DNA of 64,000 nucleotides from Thermoanaerobaculia bacterium (GTDB lineage Bacteria > Acidobacteriota > Thermoanaerobaculia > Gp7-AA8), in NCBI GenBank assembly GCA_035482045.1, contig DATHRD010000063.1, positions 2,541 through 66,540 of the forward strand. The letters are read 5' to 3'. Position 1 is the first letter of the stretch; every line of letters starts with the position of its first letter. The notes under the pieces were generated by a model. It searched no databases, was not told where the DNA came from, and was given only the letters and a program-made list of their open reading frames with translations. Of this stretch, positions 28,153 to 37,787 are shown one piece after another. Position numbers and translations under genes: made by a program.

Positions 28153-30135
28153 ATGCTTATTCGTATGAAAATCGCCGTCATCGCTGCTGTGCTGACGATT
28201 TGTTCGACCGCCGTCTTCGCCGGCGCCGATCTGAGCCTCGTCGCCTTCAGCTCTCCCCCGACTCTCCTGGCCGGCTCGCTGCTGCCGCTCGGGTTTACCC
28301 TGCACAACGGCGGCGTTGACAACGCGAAGGACGTGGTCGTGACCATCACCGCGACCGGTGGCGTGACGACTCGGTGCGAGAACGGCTGTTCCGTCGGCAC
28401 CGTTCTGGCCGGCACGCAGTCGTACTTCAGTCCGGGAATTGCGTTCAACAACCCGGGCGACGTGACGATCACGGCTACGGTATCGAGCAGCACGCCCGAC
28501 CCTGACCTCAGCAACAACAAAACGTCAGTGATTGTGACGGTGTCACCGGATCCCGACGTTGTCGTGAGCTTCTTCTTCGTGCCCCTGAAAGTGGATCTCG
28601 GACTCCCCTTTTCGCTGGAGATCTACGCGCACGATGAGTCTCTTGTCGTGGCGCACAACGTCGATGTAACCATCGACTTCCGCCCTGACGTGGGCATCAA
28701 GTCGCTGCCAGCAGGTTGCAGTAGTGCCCAGGCCGGGCGCGTCGTCTGCCACGCCGACACCCTGCCGAATAGCGGAGAGGTACTGTCCACATTCACCCTG
28801 ATCGGGCCGCCGGCGTATGGCGACGGAGGGATCACCTTCACCGCCACGGCGACCGAGAGCGAGCAGGACTTCGATCCCAAATCGAACACGGCAACGACCT
28901 TTACCCCGATCGTTCTCCCCCTGGTGGTGACATCAACGGCGAACGATGGCAGCGGCTCGCTGCGACAGGCCATCTTCGACGCCAATGCCGCCGCCACGAG
29001 CGGCCCCATCAGGATCAGTTTCGGCATCGACGAGCCCTCGGCAAACAAGTGGAAGACGATCCACATCACCTCCCCGCTTCCGGCGGTGACGGCATCGAAC
29101 ACTCAGATCGACGGAGCTACGCAGAGCAGTCTCCTCGGAGATACAAACCCCGACGGTCCGGTGATCGAGATCAGCGGCGGCGGGACCGTCGACGGCGATG
29201 GCCTCACCCTCGAAGGATGCGTCGCCGAGGTCGCGAATCTCGCCATCAACGGATTCCAACGCAACGGCGTCTCGGTCTTCGATGCGCACCTTCCCGCGAA
29301 GTGCACGGTGTCCGCGCAGCTTCACAACCTCTTCATCGGCACCGATCCAACCGGCTCCGAAGCGCGGCCGAACGGGCAGCGCGGCATCGGGATATCGAGC
29401 GGAGGAGCATCCATTTTCGACTGCGTCGTCTCTGGCAACGCCAGGAGCGGTGTCTTCGACCTGGCGGGACTGGTGGGGATCTTTGGAAATCGGATCGGCG
29501 TGAAGGCTCACAGCGATGACCCGCTGCCGAATGGTGCCAGCGGTATCTTTATCGGCCCGGGAGGCTACGGCTCTTTCATCGGATCGGACATCATCGCGTC
29601 CACCCGCCCGGGGAACGTGATCGCCTTCAACCGCGAGATGGGAGTTGCCATCGCCGCCGGCGTATTCGACGTCTCGGTCCGCGGCAACAGGATCTGGAAC
29701 AACGGCGGACTCGGAATCGACATTGGCCTCGACGGGCCGACGATGTCGACGATGTCGGATCAAGGCTCACTGATCACCGCACCAACGCTGACGCTCGCGC
29801 ACTACGACCCCGTGTCGAACAAGACGATCGTCGAGGGAGACGCAGTGGCCCATTCCAATGCGGGCGATCCTTTCTTCCCGGTCGACTTCTATGCGAATGA
29901 CGCCGCGGGCCCGTCGGGCTTTGGCGAAGGACAGCGCCCGATCGGCATGACGAAGGACGCCAACTTCACCTCGGCAACGCATTTCCATATCGAGTTTGAC
30001 GGCGATCTGACAGGCCAGTTCATCACGGCCACAGCGACAAATGTGAATTACGAGGGTTTCGCCAAGCCGGAAGGGACCGATCAAGGCTTCCTGACGCAGA
30101 CCTCGGAGTTCAGCCGGGCCATCGAGGTCCGTTAG
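28153..30135 (+). CDS. secreted right-handed beta-helix protein with N-terminal DUF11/CARDB-like domain
   Basis: signal peptide; DLSLVAFSSPPTLLAGS...; VTSTANDGSGSLRQAIFDANAA cap motif; repeated N-x-I-x-GN beta-helix rungs; C-terminal 28 aa shared with the next gene. Confidence 0.65.
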   Translation: MLIRMKIAVIAAVLTICSTAVFAGADLSLVAFSSPPTLLAGSLLPLGFTLHNGGVDNAKDVVVTITATGGVTTRCENGCSVGTVLAGTQSYFSPGIAFNNPGDVTITATVSSSTPDPDLSNNKTSVIVTVSPDPDVVVSFFFVPLKVDLGLPFSLEIYAHDESLVVAHNVDVTIDFRPDVGIKSLPAGCSSAQAGRVVCHADTLPNSGEVLSTFTLIGPPAYGDGGITFTATATESEQDFDPKSNTATTFTPIVLPLVVTSTANDGSGSLRQAIFDANAAATSGPIRISFGIDEPSANKWKTIHITSPLPAVTASNTQIDGATQSSLLGDTNPDGPVIEISGGGTVDGDGLTLEGCVAEVANLAINGFQRNGVSVFDAHLPAKCTVSAQLHNLFIGTDPTGSEARPNGQRGIGISSGGASIFDCVVSGNARSGVFDLAGLVGIFGNRIGVKAHSDDPLPNGASGIFIGPGGYGSFIGSDIIASTRPGNVIAFNREMGVAIAAGVFDVSVRGNRIWNNGGLGIDIGLDGPTMSTMSDQGSLITAPTLTLAHYDPVSNKTIVEGDAVAHSNAGDPFFPVDFYANDAAGPSGFGEGQRPIGMTKDANFTSATHFHIEFDGDLTGQFITATATNVNYEGFAKPEGTDQGFLTQTSEFSRAIEVR

Positions 30136-30248
30136 GCCTCCGTTCGAGAGGCAGGAGAAGGTCAAACGCCGATCACGCGCCCGACGAGCGCACAGCCGTG
30201 GATGATGATTGTCACGTGTGCGGCCGGCGTTCGGCATAGACTTATTTT

Positions 30249-32237
30249 ATGAAGAGCCCACTCGCAGCCGCTCTGCTCGCCCTCCTGGCCATGCCGCTGC
30301 TCGCCGACGCCGATCTGAGCATCACGAACGAATCGACATTGACCGTCGTGCGCGCGGGAGCAAACGCGCCCATCGACTACACGATCCACAATGCAGGACC
30401 GGACACGGCTTCGAAAATACTCATTACGATCACGATGACCGGCGTGACGGAGTCAACCCCATGCACCAGCGGCTGCACGACCGTCTCGGTCCCTATCAGC
30501 AGTGACCTTCCGGCCGGAAAGTCCGTCCGCTACTACTCAACCTTGCCGGCTCCTGCCACTGCCGGTGAGGTCACGTTGACGGTCACGGTCTCCAGTGGCG
30601 TTCCCGATCCGAACCCCGCCGACAACAGCTACACGACAACGTTCACAGTCTCACCCGACCCCGACGTCTTGATCGGTGTCGGCGCGGCGCCGCGGTTGGA
30701 CCTCGGTCTGCCGTTCCGACTGACGATCGGCCTGGGCAATTACGCGCCAATCGATGCTCATGACGTCGACGGAACTGTCGACTTCTCCACCGACGCAAGC
30801 GTCCTGTCCTTGCCAGTGGGATGCACCAATCCGATACCGGGACGCGTCATCTGCCACGTTGACGCGCTGGCAGGGGGAATCGCCGGTGTCCGGACCTTTC
30901 CCGTGACGCTTGTCGCGCCGCCCACGTACGGCTCAGGGTCGATCTCCTTCGCGGCCACCGCTACCGAGCGCGAGCCGGATTTCGATCCTCAGTCAAACGT
31001 AGCGTCCTCGACCTCCCAGCTCTACAACACCTTCTACGTGACATCAACCGCCAACGATGGAACAGGCTCGCTGCGGCAGGCCATCCTCGACGCCAACGCC
31101 GCAACGAGCGGTCCGATTGCGATCGCATTCCGGATCGGAGAGGCCTCGTCGGCGCCGTGGAAAACCATCCGAATCACATCGCCATTGCCGCCGATCGAAG
31201 GCTACGACGTGCGCGTCGACGGCGCTACGCAGAGTGGCTTCTTCGGAGATACAAACCCTGACGGTCCGGAGATCGAGATCACCGGCTCTGGCAGCGTCGA
31301 TGGCGACGGCCTGGAACTGACCAATTGTGAGGGCGAGTTCGCGAATCTCGCCATCAACGGGTTCCGAGGCAACGGCCTCTCCGTCACAGATTCTCACCGT
31401 TCCCCGGACTGCTCGCAGTACTTTCAGAGCACGCTTCACAACCTATTCATCGGCACCGACCCTACTGGCACCGAGGCCCGGCCGAACGGGCAGCGCGGGA
31501 TCGCGGTTTCCGTTGCCGGAGTTGCCATCGTTCATGACTGCGTCCTATCGGGCAACGATCGGAGCGGGATCTTCGACCTGTCGGGAGTCATGACGATCTG
31601 GGGAAACCGCATCGGGGTGAAGGCTCACAGCGATGACCCGCTGCCGAACGGTGCCAGCGGAATCTTTATCGGCCCCGATGGCTACGGATCAGCCATTGGA
31701 GCCGACATCCTCACGCCCACCCGCCCTGGGAACGTCATCGCCTTCAATCGAGAGATGGGGGTAGCCATCGCCTCGGGCGTGAACAGTGTATCCGTCCGCG
31801 GCAACAGGATCTGGAGCAACGGAGGGCTGGGCATCGACATCGGCCTCGATGGGCCCACGCTGTCGACGAAGTCACGGTTTGGCTCCCCGATCGATGTGCC
31901 GACGCTGACTCTCGCACACTACGACCCCGTGTCGGCGAAGACGACCATCGAAGGCGACACGCTGTCGTCACTCACAATCGACCTGTATGCGAGCGACATC
32001 GCGGGCCCCTTTGGGTTTGGCGACGGGCAGCGGCCGATCGCTTCGAAGAGCGCCGACCTCGTTGAAGTTGGCTCGGCGAACCACTTCCGCATCGTAGTGG
32101 ACGGCGACCTGACCGGCCAGTTCATCACGGCGACGGCGACGTTCACGGACTACGAAGGCTTCGCCAAGCCGGAAGGGACCGATCAAGGCTTCCTGACGCA
32201 GACATCGGAGTTCAGCCGGGCCATCGAGGTACGATGA
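30249..32237 (+). CDS. paralog of the preceding secreted beta-helix protein
   Basis: same architecture; VTSTANDGTGSLRQAILDANAA; near-identical central block and C-terminus YEGFAKPEGTDQGFLTQTSEFSRAIEVR. Confidence 0.65.
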   Translation: MKSPLAAALLALLAMPLLADADLSITNESTLTVVRAGANAPIDYTIHNAGPDTASKILITITMTGVTESTPCTSGCTTVSVPISSDLPAGKSVRYYSTLPAPATAGEVTLTVTVSSGVPDPNPADNSYTTTFTVSPDPDVLIGVGAAPRLDLGLPFRLTIGLGNYAPIDAHDVDGTVDFSTDASVLSLPVGCTNPIPGRVICHVDALAGGIAGVRTFPVTLVAPPTYGSGSISFAATATEREPDFDPQSNVASSTSQLYNTFYVTSTANDGTGSLRQAILDANAATSGPIAIAFRIGEASSAPWKTIRITSPLPPIEGYDVRVDGATQSGFFGDTNPDGPEIEITGSGSVDGDGLELTNCEGEFANLAINGFRGNGLSVTDSHRSPDCSQYFQSTLHNLFIGTDPTGTEARPNGQRGIAVSVAGVAIVHDCVLSGNDRSGIFDLSGVMTIWGNRIGVKAHSDDPLPNGASGIFIGPDGYGSAIGADILTPTRPGNVIAFNREMGVAIASGVNSVSVRGNRIWSNGGLGIDIGLDGPTLSTKSRFGSPIDVPTLTLAHYDPVSAKTTIEGDTLSSLTIDLYASDIAGPFGFGDGQRPIASKSADLVEVGSANHFRIVVDGDLTGQFITATATFTDYEGFAKPEGTDQGFLTQTSEFSRAIEVR

Positions 32238-32394
32238 GCCCGCACCACGGGCGGCGACACGCTCGGGGTCAGGGGTTCCCCCGGAACGATGATCCGCGCG
32301 CATACGGGCGCCGCGCCTACGAGCTATGTCACTGCTGCCTCACCGTTATTGGTGGTCCTGGGCACGTGAACGCGAAAAAATGGTGAGTTAACGC

Positions 32395-32705
32395 ACTCGC
32401 GGAGTTCGTGATTAGACTTCGCGAGTCCATGAATTGACTCTGGGAGGCAATTAATTGACTCCGGGAGGCCATGAATTGACTCCGGGAGGCAATTAATTTG
32501 ACTCTGCGAGGCCATGAATTGACTCCGGGAGGCAATTAATTTGACTCTGGGGGGCAATTAATTGACTCCGGGAGGCAATTGATTTGACTCTGGGAGGCCA
32601 TGAATTGACTCGGGAAGGCCATGAATTGACTCTGGGAGGCCATGAATTGACTCCGGGAGGCCATGAATTGACTCCGGGAGGCAATTAATTGACTCCGGGA
32701 GTCCG
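32395..32705. repeat. tandem array of about 14 copies of a 21-22 bp unit (CATGAATTGACTCCGGGAGGC alternating with AATTAATTGACTCCGGGAGGC)
   Basis: direct reading; contiguous units with no spacers. Confidence 0.9.
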
Positions 32706-32789
32706 TGAATGGACGCGTTGGCTCACGAACGAGACCCTCGCCAACGACAGAACGCTCCGTCGATCCGACGTCTTGCCTCTGAATACGCC

Positions 32790-32965
32790 GGTTTGGAACT
32801 ACCGCCGCGCGAAAACACGTCTCAGCCCGGATTCCCTGGGAGAGCAGGCACGGACGCTTGCTCTACGCCCGGGGACCGGTCGGACTGGAGAGTCGGGCTA
32901 CGTTCGCTCAGAAGGCTGCGCGCGGCGAGCACGAGCATTGCCGTCTCGCCGTGGCGGAGACCCTA
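32790..32965 (-). pseudogene. orphan 3'-end fragment of a GT2 gene plus its downstream hairpin, duplicated from the 1890-2040 region
   Basis: about 85 % nt identity to 1925-2030; minus-strand translation ...LVLAARSLLSER* versus ...LVRAARSLLERT* at the 3' end of the GT2 at 1968-2960. Confidence 0.5.
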
Positions 32966-33069
32966 TGCGCCGCCATGCCCCGAGCACACCAGCACCAGCC
33001 GCTCGACGACCGACTTTCGGTCCGAGGCCGAGCTTTACCGGTCCAAAGCCGGCCTATTCACCGTCCGGC

Positions 33070-33909
33070 TCAGGTAGGGCTGACCGTGCCCCCGGGAGCG
33101 GCGAGCTCGATGCCAGCATCGACGACGGCCTGCCGCACCCGCGAGTCGCAGAGCGCGGCAGTCTCGGCATCCCACTCGTAACGCCAATGCGGGTAGGCAT
33201 TTACGCGGACACCGGGATGGGTGACCAGCTCCGTCGTCCCGTCGACGTGCGAAAGCAGGTCGACGACTCGGCCGGCGGTCAGGTGGCCCGCCTCCATCAC
33301 GCCGATGGTGTGATCGTTAACGCTGCAATCGTTTGACCGAGCGACCGCGGCCGCGGCGGCCCCGACGCGGTTCAGCGCCGCGATCATCGTCCGCCGAACG
33401 ATCCCACCCCTTCCGCCCCTGTCGTCTACACGGCGCACGTAGCCGATCCCGTATTCGCCCGCCAGCCGGAGGGTGATCGCAAAGACGCGGGGCAGCATGT
33501 GCAAGTGCTGGTGCCCGTTGAGGTGCGTCACCCGGAGGCCGGACGCCAGTACGCGCTCGATCTGTGCGCGCAGCTCGCCTTCGATCGCGGCAGAGTCCTT
33601 TCGCCCGAGGAGGAAGCCGAGGTACGACTTCGGAAAGCGCATGCCGGTCAGCGAGCGCTCCTCGACGAGCGCCAGATGGACGCCCACCGCGAGCGAGGGC
33701 ACGTCGCGCAGCCGTGCCACGGCGTCGTCGAATGCCACACCATTGGCGACGACGCTGCACGCGGTCACGATCCCGTCGCGATGTGCGCGGATGGCCCCCT
33801 CGGTCATCCCGCGATGGAGGCCGGCGTCATCCGCGGTGACGATGAGCCGCCTTGTTGTAACGCCGGCCGCTCTCGCGTCACTACCCGGCAAAGGAGGAAT
33901 TCTCATGCG
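33070..33909 (-). CDS. YdjC/ChbG (HpnK-like) carbohydrate deacetylase family protein
   Basis: LIVTADDAGL...NGHQHLHMLP...; start codon uncertain (several in-frame Met). Confidence 0.65.
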   Translation of the reverse strand, partial: RMRIPPLPGSDARAAGVTTRRLIVTADDAGLHRGMTEGAIRAHRDGIVTACSVVANGVAFDDAVARLRDVPSLAVGVHLALVEERSLTGMRFPKSYLGFLLGRKDSAAIEGELRAQIERVLASGLRVTHLNGHQHLHMLPRVFAITLRLAGEYGIGYVRRVDDRGGRGGIVRRTMIAALNRVGAAAAAVARSNDCSVNDHTIGVMEAGHLTAGRVVDLLSHVDGTTELVTHPGVRVNAYPHWRYEWDAETAALCDSRVRQAVVDAGIELAAPGGTVSPT

Positions 33910-34378
33910 ACTGCGCATCCTAACCATTCTCGTCGTTCTCACCGCCGCCGTAGCGGCCAACGCCCAGGTTCAACAGGTCCGGCAGTACGCCGCGAAGTTC
34001 GTCTGCGGCAAAGCCCCCAACGACACGCTCAACGTGGCGCCAGGGTCTTACTTCACGACCATCAACGTCCACAACCCCGCCCTCGTGGCCGCCGTCGAAT
34101 TCCGGAAGAAGTTCGCGCTGGCCGAGATGGGCGAAAAGCCAGGGAAGATCTCGCAGTGGTTCCCCACCGCCCTGAAGGCCGACGAGGCGATGCAGATCGA
34201 TTGCCGGAACATCTACGCGCACCTCGGCATCGCACCAGGCACGTTCATCGACGGGTTCGCCGTCATCGAGCTCTCACCGAGGCAGGAGCTCGACGTCGTC
34301 GGCGTCTACACCGCGGCCGGGAGCACGGGCGTGTCGACGATGCACATGGAGCGCGTGGCAGGCAGGCTCACGCAGTAG
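33906..34378 (+). CDS. small secreted hypothetical protein
   Basis: AAAGGAGG RBS then MRLRILTILVVLTAAVAANAQ signal peptide; 157 aa. Confidence 0.6.
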
Positions 34379-34386
34379 CCGCGCGG

Positions 34387-35184
34387 CTAGGTTTCCACGG
34401 GATGGTGGTCGCCGGCAAGGACGCCGCCGGCCGCCTCCCGCTTCTCGCGCACGACACGCTGCACTTCCTCGTGGGAAACGCGCTCGCGCAACTCCGGATA
34501 GAGCTTCACGAGCTCGACAAAGATCTTGAGGATCACGCGGGGAGACGACAGGTGCGACCGGCCGCGGATTCGCGGGAAATAGTCGAGGCCGATCTGCTGG
34601 ATCGTAAAGCCGCGGTTCTTCGCCTTCACCACCAGTTCCGCGTCGATCAGCGAGCCCTCGGACTTCAATTCGACTGCCTCCAGCACTTCGCGCTTCAGCA
34701 GCTTGAACGAGAAGTTGATGTCGCGGTGTGGCCAGCCGAAAAGTACGCCGATCAGACCGTTGTACAGATACGAGTAGAGCGTCCGCCTCAGCCCTTCGAG
34801 CGTTCTGTCGAGACGGTATCCGGCGATCAGGTCGGCGCCCGTCACTTCCATGGCCCGCATGGCCCGGCCGAGGGCGTCGGGATCGAAGGGAAGGTCGGCG
34901 TCCATGTAGAGAACGAGATCCTTCGTGGCAGCGGCGAAACCGGTCTTGAGCGAGCCGCCCAGCTTGCGGTTCCGCTCGTGGCGGATCATGCGGATGCGCG
35001 GGTTCTCGGCGGCGCGGCAGGCCACGAGAAACGGCGACTGATCGGTGGAAGCGTCGTCGACGATGATGATCTCGTAGTCGTCAGCGTACTTTGTGCAGGC
35101 CTCCACCGCCGCGTTGATCGCGTGTTCGATGTTCAACTCTTCGTTGAACATCGGGATGACGAGCGAGACGGACCGGTTACGCAT
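34387..35184 (-). CDS. polyprenyl-phosphate glycosyltransferase (GT2; DPM1/ArnC-like)
   Basis: SLVIPMFNEELNIEH...YEIIIVDDASTDQS...; 265 aa. Confidence 0.85.
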   Translation of the reverse strand: MRNRSVSLVIPMFNEELNIEHAINAAVEACTKYADDYEIIIVDDASTDQSPFLVACRAAENPRIRMIRHERNRKLGGSLKTGFAAATKDLVLYMDADLPFDPDALGRAMRAMEVTGADLIAGYRLDRTLEGLRRTLYSYLYNGLIGVLFGWPHRDINFSFKLLKREVLEAVELKSEGSLIDAELVVKAKNRGFTIQQIGLDYFPRIRGRSHLSSPRVILKIFVELVKLYPELRERVSHEEVQRVVREKREAAGGVLAGDHHPVET

Positions 35185-35243
35185 CGGAGGGGCTTGGACG
35201 GCTTATCATACAGAACACGGGCAGACTCGTCTTTATGCTTTCT

Positions 35244-37052
35244 TCATCGACCGTGCTCACCCGTCTCGACGCGCAGCAACTGCACCGCCAGCGTACGGGG
35301 ATCCTGGTTGTGCACGAGGGCGCCCGGCGAGAACGATCGGGAGGAACGAAAGCGCAGGTCGATCCGCGGTGCGGCGGGAAAGGCCAGATTCGTTGTGACT
35401 GCTTCCTTCCCGACTTTGGCGACGATGGCGGGTTGTCCGTTGACTGATATTGCGACGGTGTCGGTGTCGTAGGGCGCGTCTGACGTGAGACGAAGCACCA
35501 ACGAGGCCGCGCCGCCGTTGGCATGCGGAAGACGAATCGCGGCGTCAGGCGAGAGCCAGCGCCATTCCTCGCCGGCAGGAGTGTGCTCGAGCGCATAGAC
35601 ACCGTAAAGCGGCTGATACCTCTGCCCCGCCCTCTGCGGCTCGATCGACACCTCCCGATACAGATCACGTGTCAGCTTCCAGTACGCGTCGCTCTCCGGC
35701 CACCCGAAAATGTGCGCGCCGGCCTCGCGCGAGCCGCCGTTCGTGAAGAGGAACAACGGGACGTCGGGACGGTCGTAGAGCTCCGCGATCGCCTTCTCGA
35801 CCGGCAGGACGCGGAAGCGTGAGAGAAGGTACTCGGCGTGCGGTTTCAGGGCTACGTCGTAACCGATCACGCTGTTCGGCGGCAGGGTTGCGTTCGCGAA
35901 CGCGGCGGCGGCGGCGGGAGGGGACGGCAGTCTCGTTCGCGTGCCGACGAGCGGCCATACGTAAACGAGCGTGGCGATACCGAGGATCGCCGTCACGATC
36001 CACGGGGACGCGGCCAGCTTCACGCTTTGTCGAATGACCCCCAGGCCGAGTGCCGCAAGCAGCGCGAAGAGGATCATGATCGGCAGGCTGTACCGCGGAC
36101 CGTCAGCCGGGTCCATCCAACCGAGCTCGAAGGTCAATTGCACGACGGTAAAGACGAGCAGCGGCAGGATCGTCGAGCGCAACCTGTCGCGACAAAGCAA
36201 TCGCACGAAGGCGGCGATGCCGAAGACGATGCAGACGAACAGCGGAAGCGTCACGTACTTCGAGCCCCACGGATGCAGCACGAAACGGACCGCCAGTTGC
36301 GCCATCGACATCGCGCCGCGGGACACGGAAGCGTCGTGCGTGGCGACGTACTGCATCTGCTTGGTCTCATACAGTCGCAGCGCCTCAAAGCCTCCCGCCG
36401 CATCGGCGAGCGGCAGGAACCACATGGCCGACAGCAGACCGAAAGCGATCAGGCACGCCGCCCTCTTGCGCATCGTCCGCATCTGCAGCAGCGCGACGAT
36501 GAGCATCGGCGCGATCGGAACGAGGAGTTGCGGACGCGTACCGATCGCAGCGGACGTCCAGATGCCGATGGCGATGGCGTTCCGTTCGTGCTCCTCGCGA
36601 TGCGGCGCGCTGACGGCGAAGAGCGACAGGCCGAGGAACATCATGGCCGGCCCGTCGGAAAGAGCGAGCGTGCCGTGTACGAGCATCGACGCGGAGAAGT
36701 AGAAGAGCAGCGCGCCGCAAACGGCCAGGTCGGGATCGTCGATCCAGTTGCGAAAGGCGCGCGCGATGGCGACGAATCCGATCGGTGCCGCGACGACGCT
36801 GAAGACGATCAGCGCCCGCCACGGGTCGTGTACGACCGCATCGAAGACCTTCCCGAGAATGATGAGCAACGGGTAGCCGGGCGGGTGCGGATGGTAGCGC
36901 GACGGATCGAAATTACGGACAGCCTCGGCGAAGAGGAACTCGTCGTTCTCCCAGGGCGTGCGCGGCATGGTGAGGACGCGTGAGACCAGCACGACGACGG
37001 CGCCGAGCGCTTCGCGCCACCACCCCCGTACAATCGCCTGTGTGGGATTCAT
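35244..37052 (-). CDS. GT-C family membrane glycosyltransferase (ArnT/PMT-like), polytopic
   Basis: TM1 then ...PWENDEFLFAEAV... (DE motif in the first loop); >10 predicted TM segments; directly upstream of the polyprenyl-P GT2 on the same strand. Confidence 0.65.
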   Translation of the reverse strand: MNPTQAIVRGWWREALGAVVVLVSRVLTMPRTPWENDEFLFAEAVRNFDPSRYHPHPPGYPLLIILGKVFDAVVHDPWRALIVFSVVAAPIGFVAIARAFRNWIDDPDLAVCGALLFYFSASMLVHGTLALSDGPAMMFLGLSLFAVSAPHREEHERNAIAIGIWTSAAIGTRPQLLVPIAPMLIVALLQMRTMRKRAACLIAFGLLSAMWFLPLADAAGGFEALRLYETKQMQYVATHDASVSRGAMSMAQLAVRFVLHPWGSKYVTLPLFVCIVFGIAAFVRLLCRDRLRSTILPLLVFTVVQLTFELGWMDPADGPRYSLPIMILFALLAALGLGVIRQSVKLAASPWIVTAILGIATLVYVWPLVGTRTRLPSPPAAAAAFANATLPPNSVIGYDVALKPHAEYLLSRFRVLPVEKAIAELYDRPDVPLFLFTNGGSREAGAHIFGWPESDAYWKLTRDLYREVSIEPQRAGQRYQPLYGVYALEHTPAGEEWRWLSPDAAIRLPHANGGAASLVLRLTSDAPYDTDTVAISVNGQPAIVAKVGKEAVTTNLAFPAAPRIDLRFRSSRSFSPGALVHNQDPRTLAVQLLRVETGEHGR

Positions 37053-37113
37053 CCGCGCCTTAATCGTACTGCACACCGTTTTTCACCGGCGTCGGCTGCG
37101 CGAGCGCGTCCAC

Positions 37114-37665
37114 ATGCTGATCCGCTTCCTGACCTGCCCGGTGCTCCGCGTTCTCGACGCGGTCCCACCCGGGGCCTCTCTCCTCGACATCGGCGCCGGT
37201 CACGGTCTCTTCGCCGTGCTCGCGCAGGCCCGCGGCGTGCGTCGCATCGTCGTAGTCGATCCCGATGCGCGGAAGGTGCGGCCGCTGGCCGGCATCGAGC
37301 TCGTCATCGGTTTCGACGATTCCGTTCGCGGAACCTTCGACGCGATCTCGATCATCGACGTGCTGTACAAGATCCCGATCGATGAGTGGGATGCGCTTCT
37401 GACCCGCTGCCGCGAGCGCCTCGCCGAGGGCGGCGTTCTCGTCATCAAAGAACAGGACCCGACCGCACGTCTGAAGAACGCATGGAACGCCATCCAGGAG
37501 CGGATCGCGACCGCGCTGCACCTGACGCTCGGACATTCGTTCAGCTACGAGGCGCCGGCCGCCTTCAGGGCACGATTGGAGCGGCTGGGGTTCAGCGACG
37601 TGAAAGCGCGCCGAATCGACTTCGCCTACCCGCACGCGCACGTGCTGTACATCGCGCGTCGGTGA
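37114..37665 (+). CDS. class I SAM-dependent methyltransferase
   Basis: LLDIGAGHGLFAVLAQARGVRRIVVVDPD (motif I); start chosen at MLIRFL to avoid overlapping the divergent GT-C gene. Confidence 0.55.
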   Translation: MLIRFLTCPVLRVLDAVPPGASLLDIGAGHGLFAVLAQARGVRRIVVVDPDARKVRPLAGIELVIGFDDSVRGTFDAISIIDVLYKIPIDEWDALLTRCRERLAEGGVLVIKEQDPTARLKNAWNAIQERIATALHLTLGHSFSYEAPAAFRARLERLGFSDVKARRIDFAYPHAHVLYIARR

Positions 37666-37667
37666 GG

Positions 37668-37765
37668 AGCACAGACAAGAGTGTCTGTGCCACATCGGAC
37701 CTCGGATTTCTCGGCCGTCGTGCAAACGGCAGCATCAATGTGGCACACACACTCTTGTCTGTGCT
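37668..37765. repeat. two inverted copies of the GCACAGACA..TGTCTGTGC-CACAT hairpin element between convergent genes (likely a bidirectional terminator)
   Basis: GAGCACAGACAAGAGTGTCTGTGCCACATCGG ... ATGTGGCACACACACTCTTGTCTGTGC. Confidence 0.6.
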
Positions 37766-37787
37766 TCGTGCACTCGCAACGGCCCCT

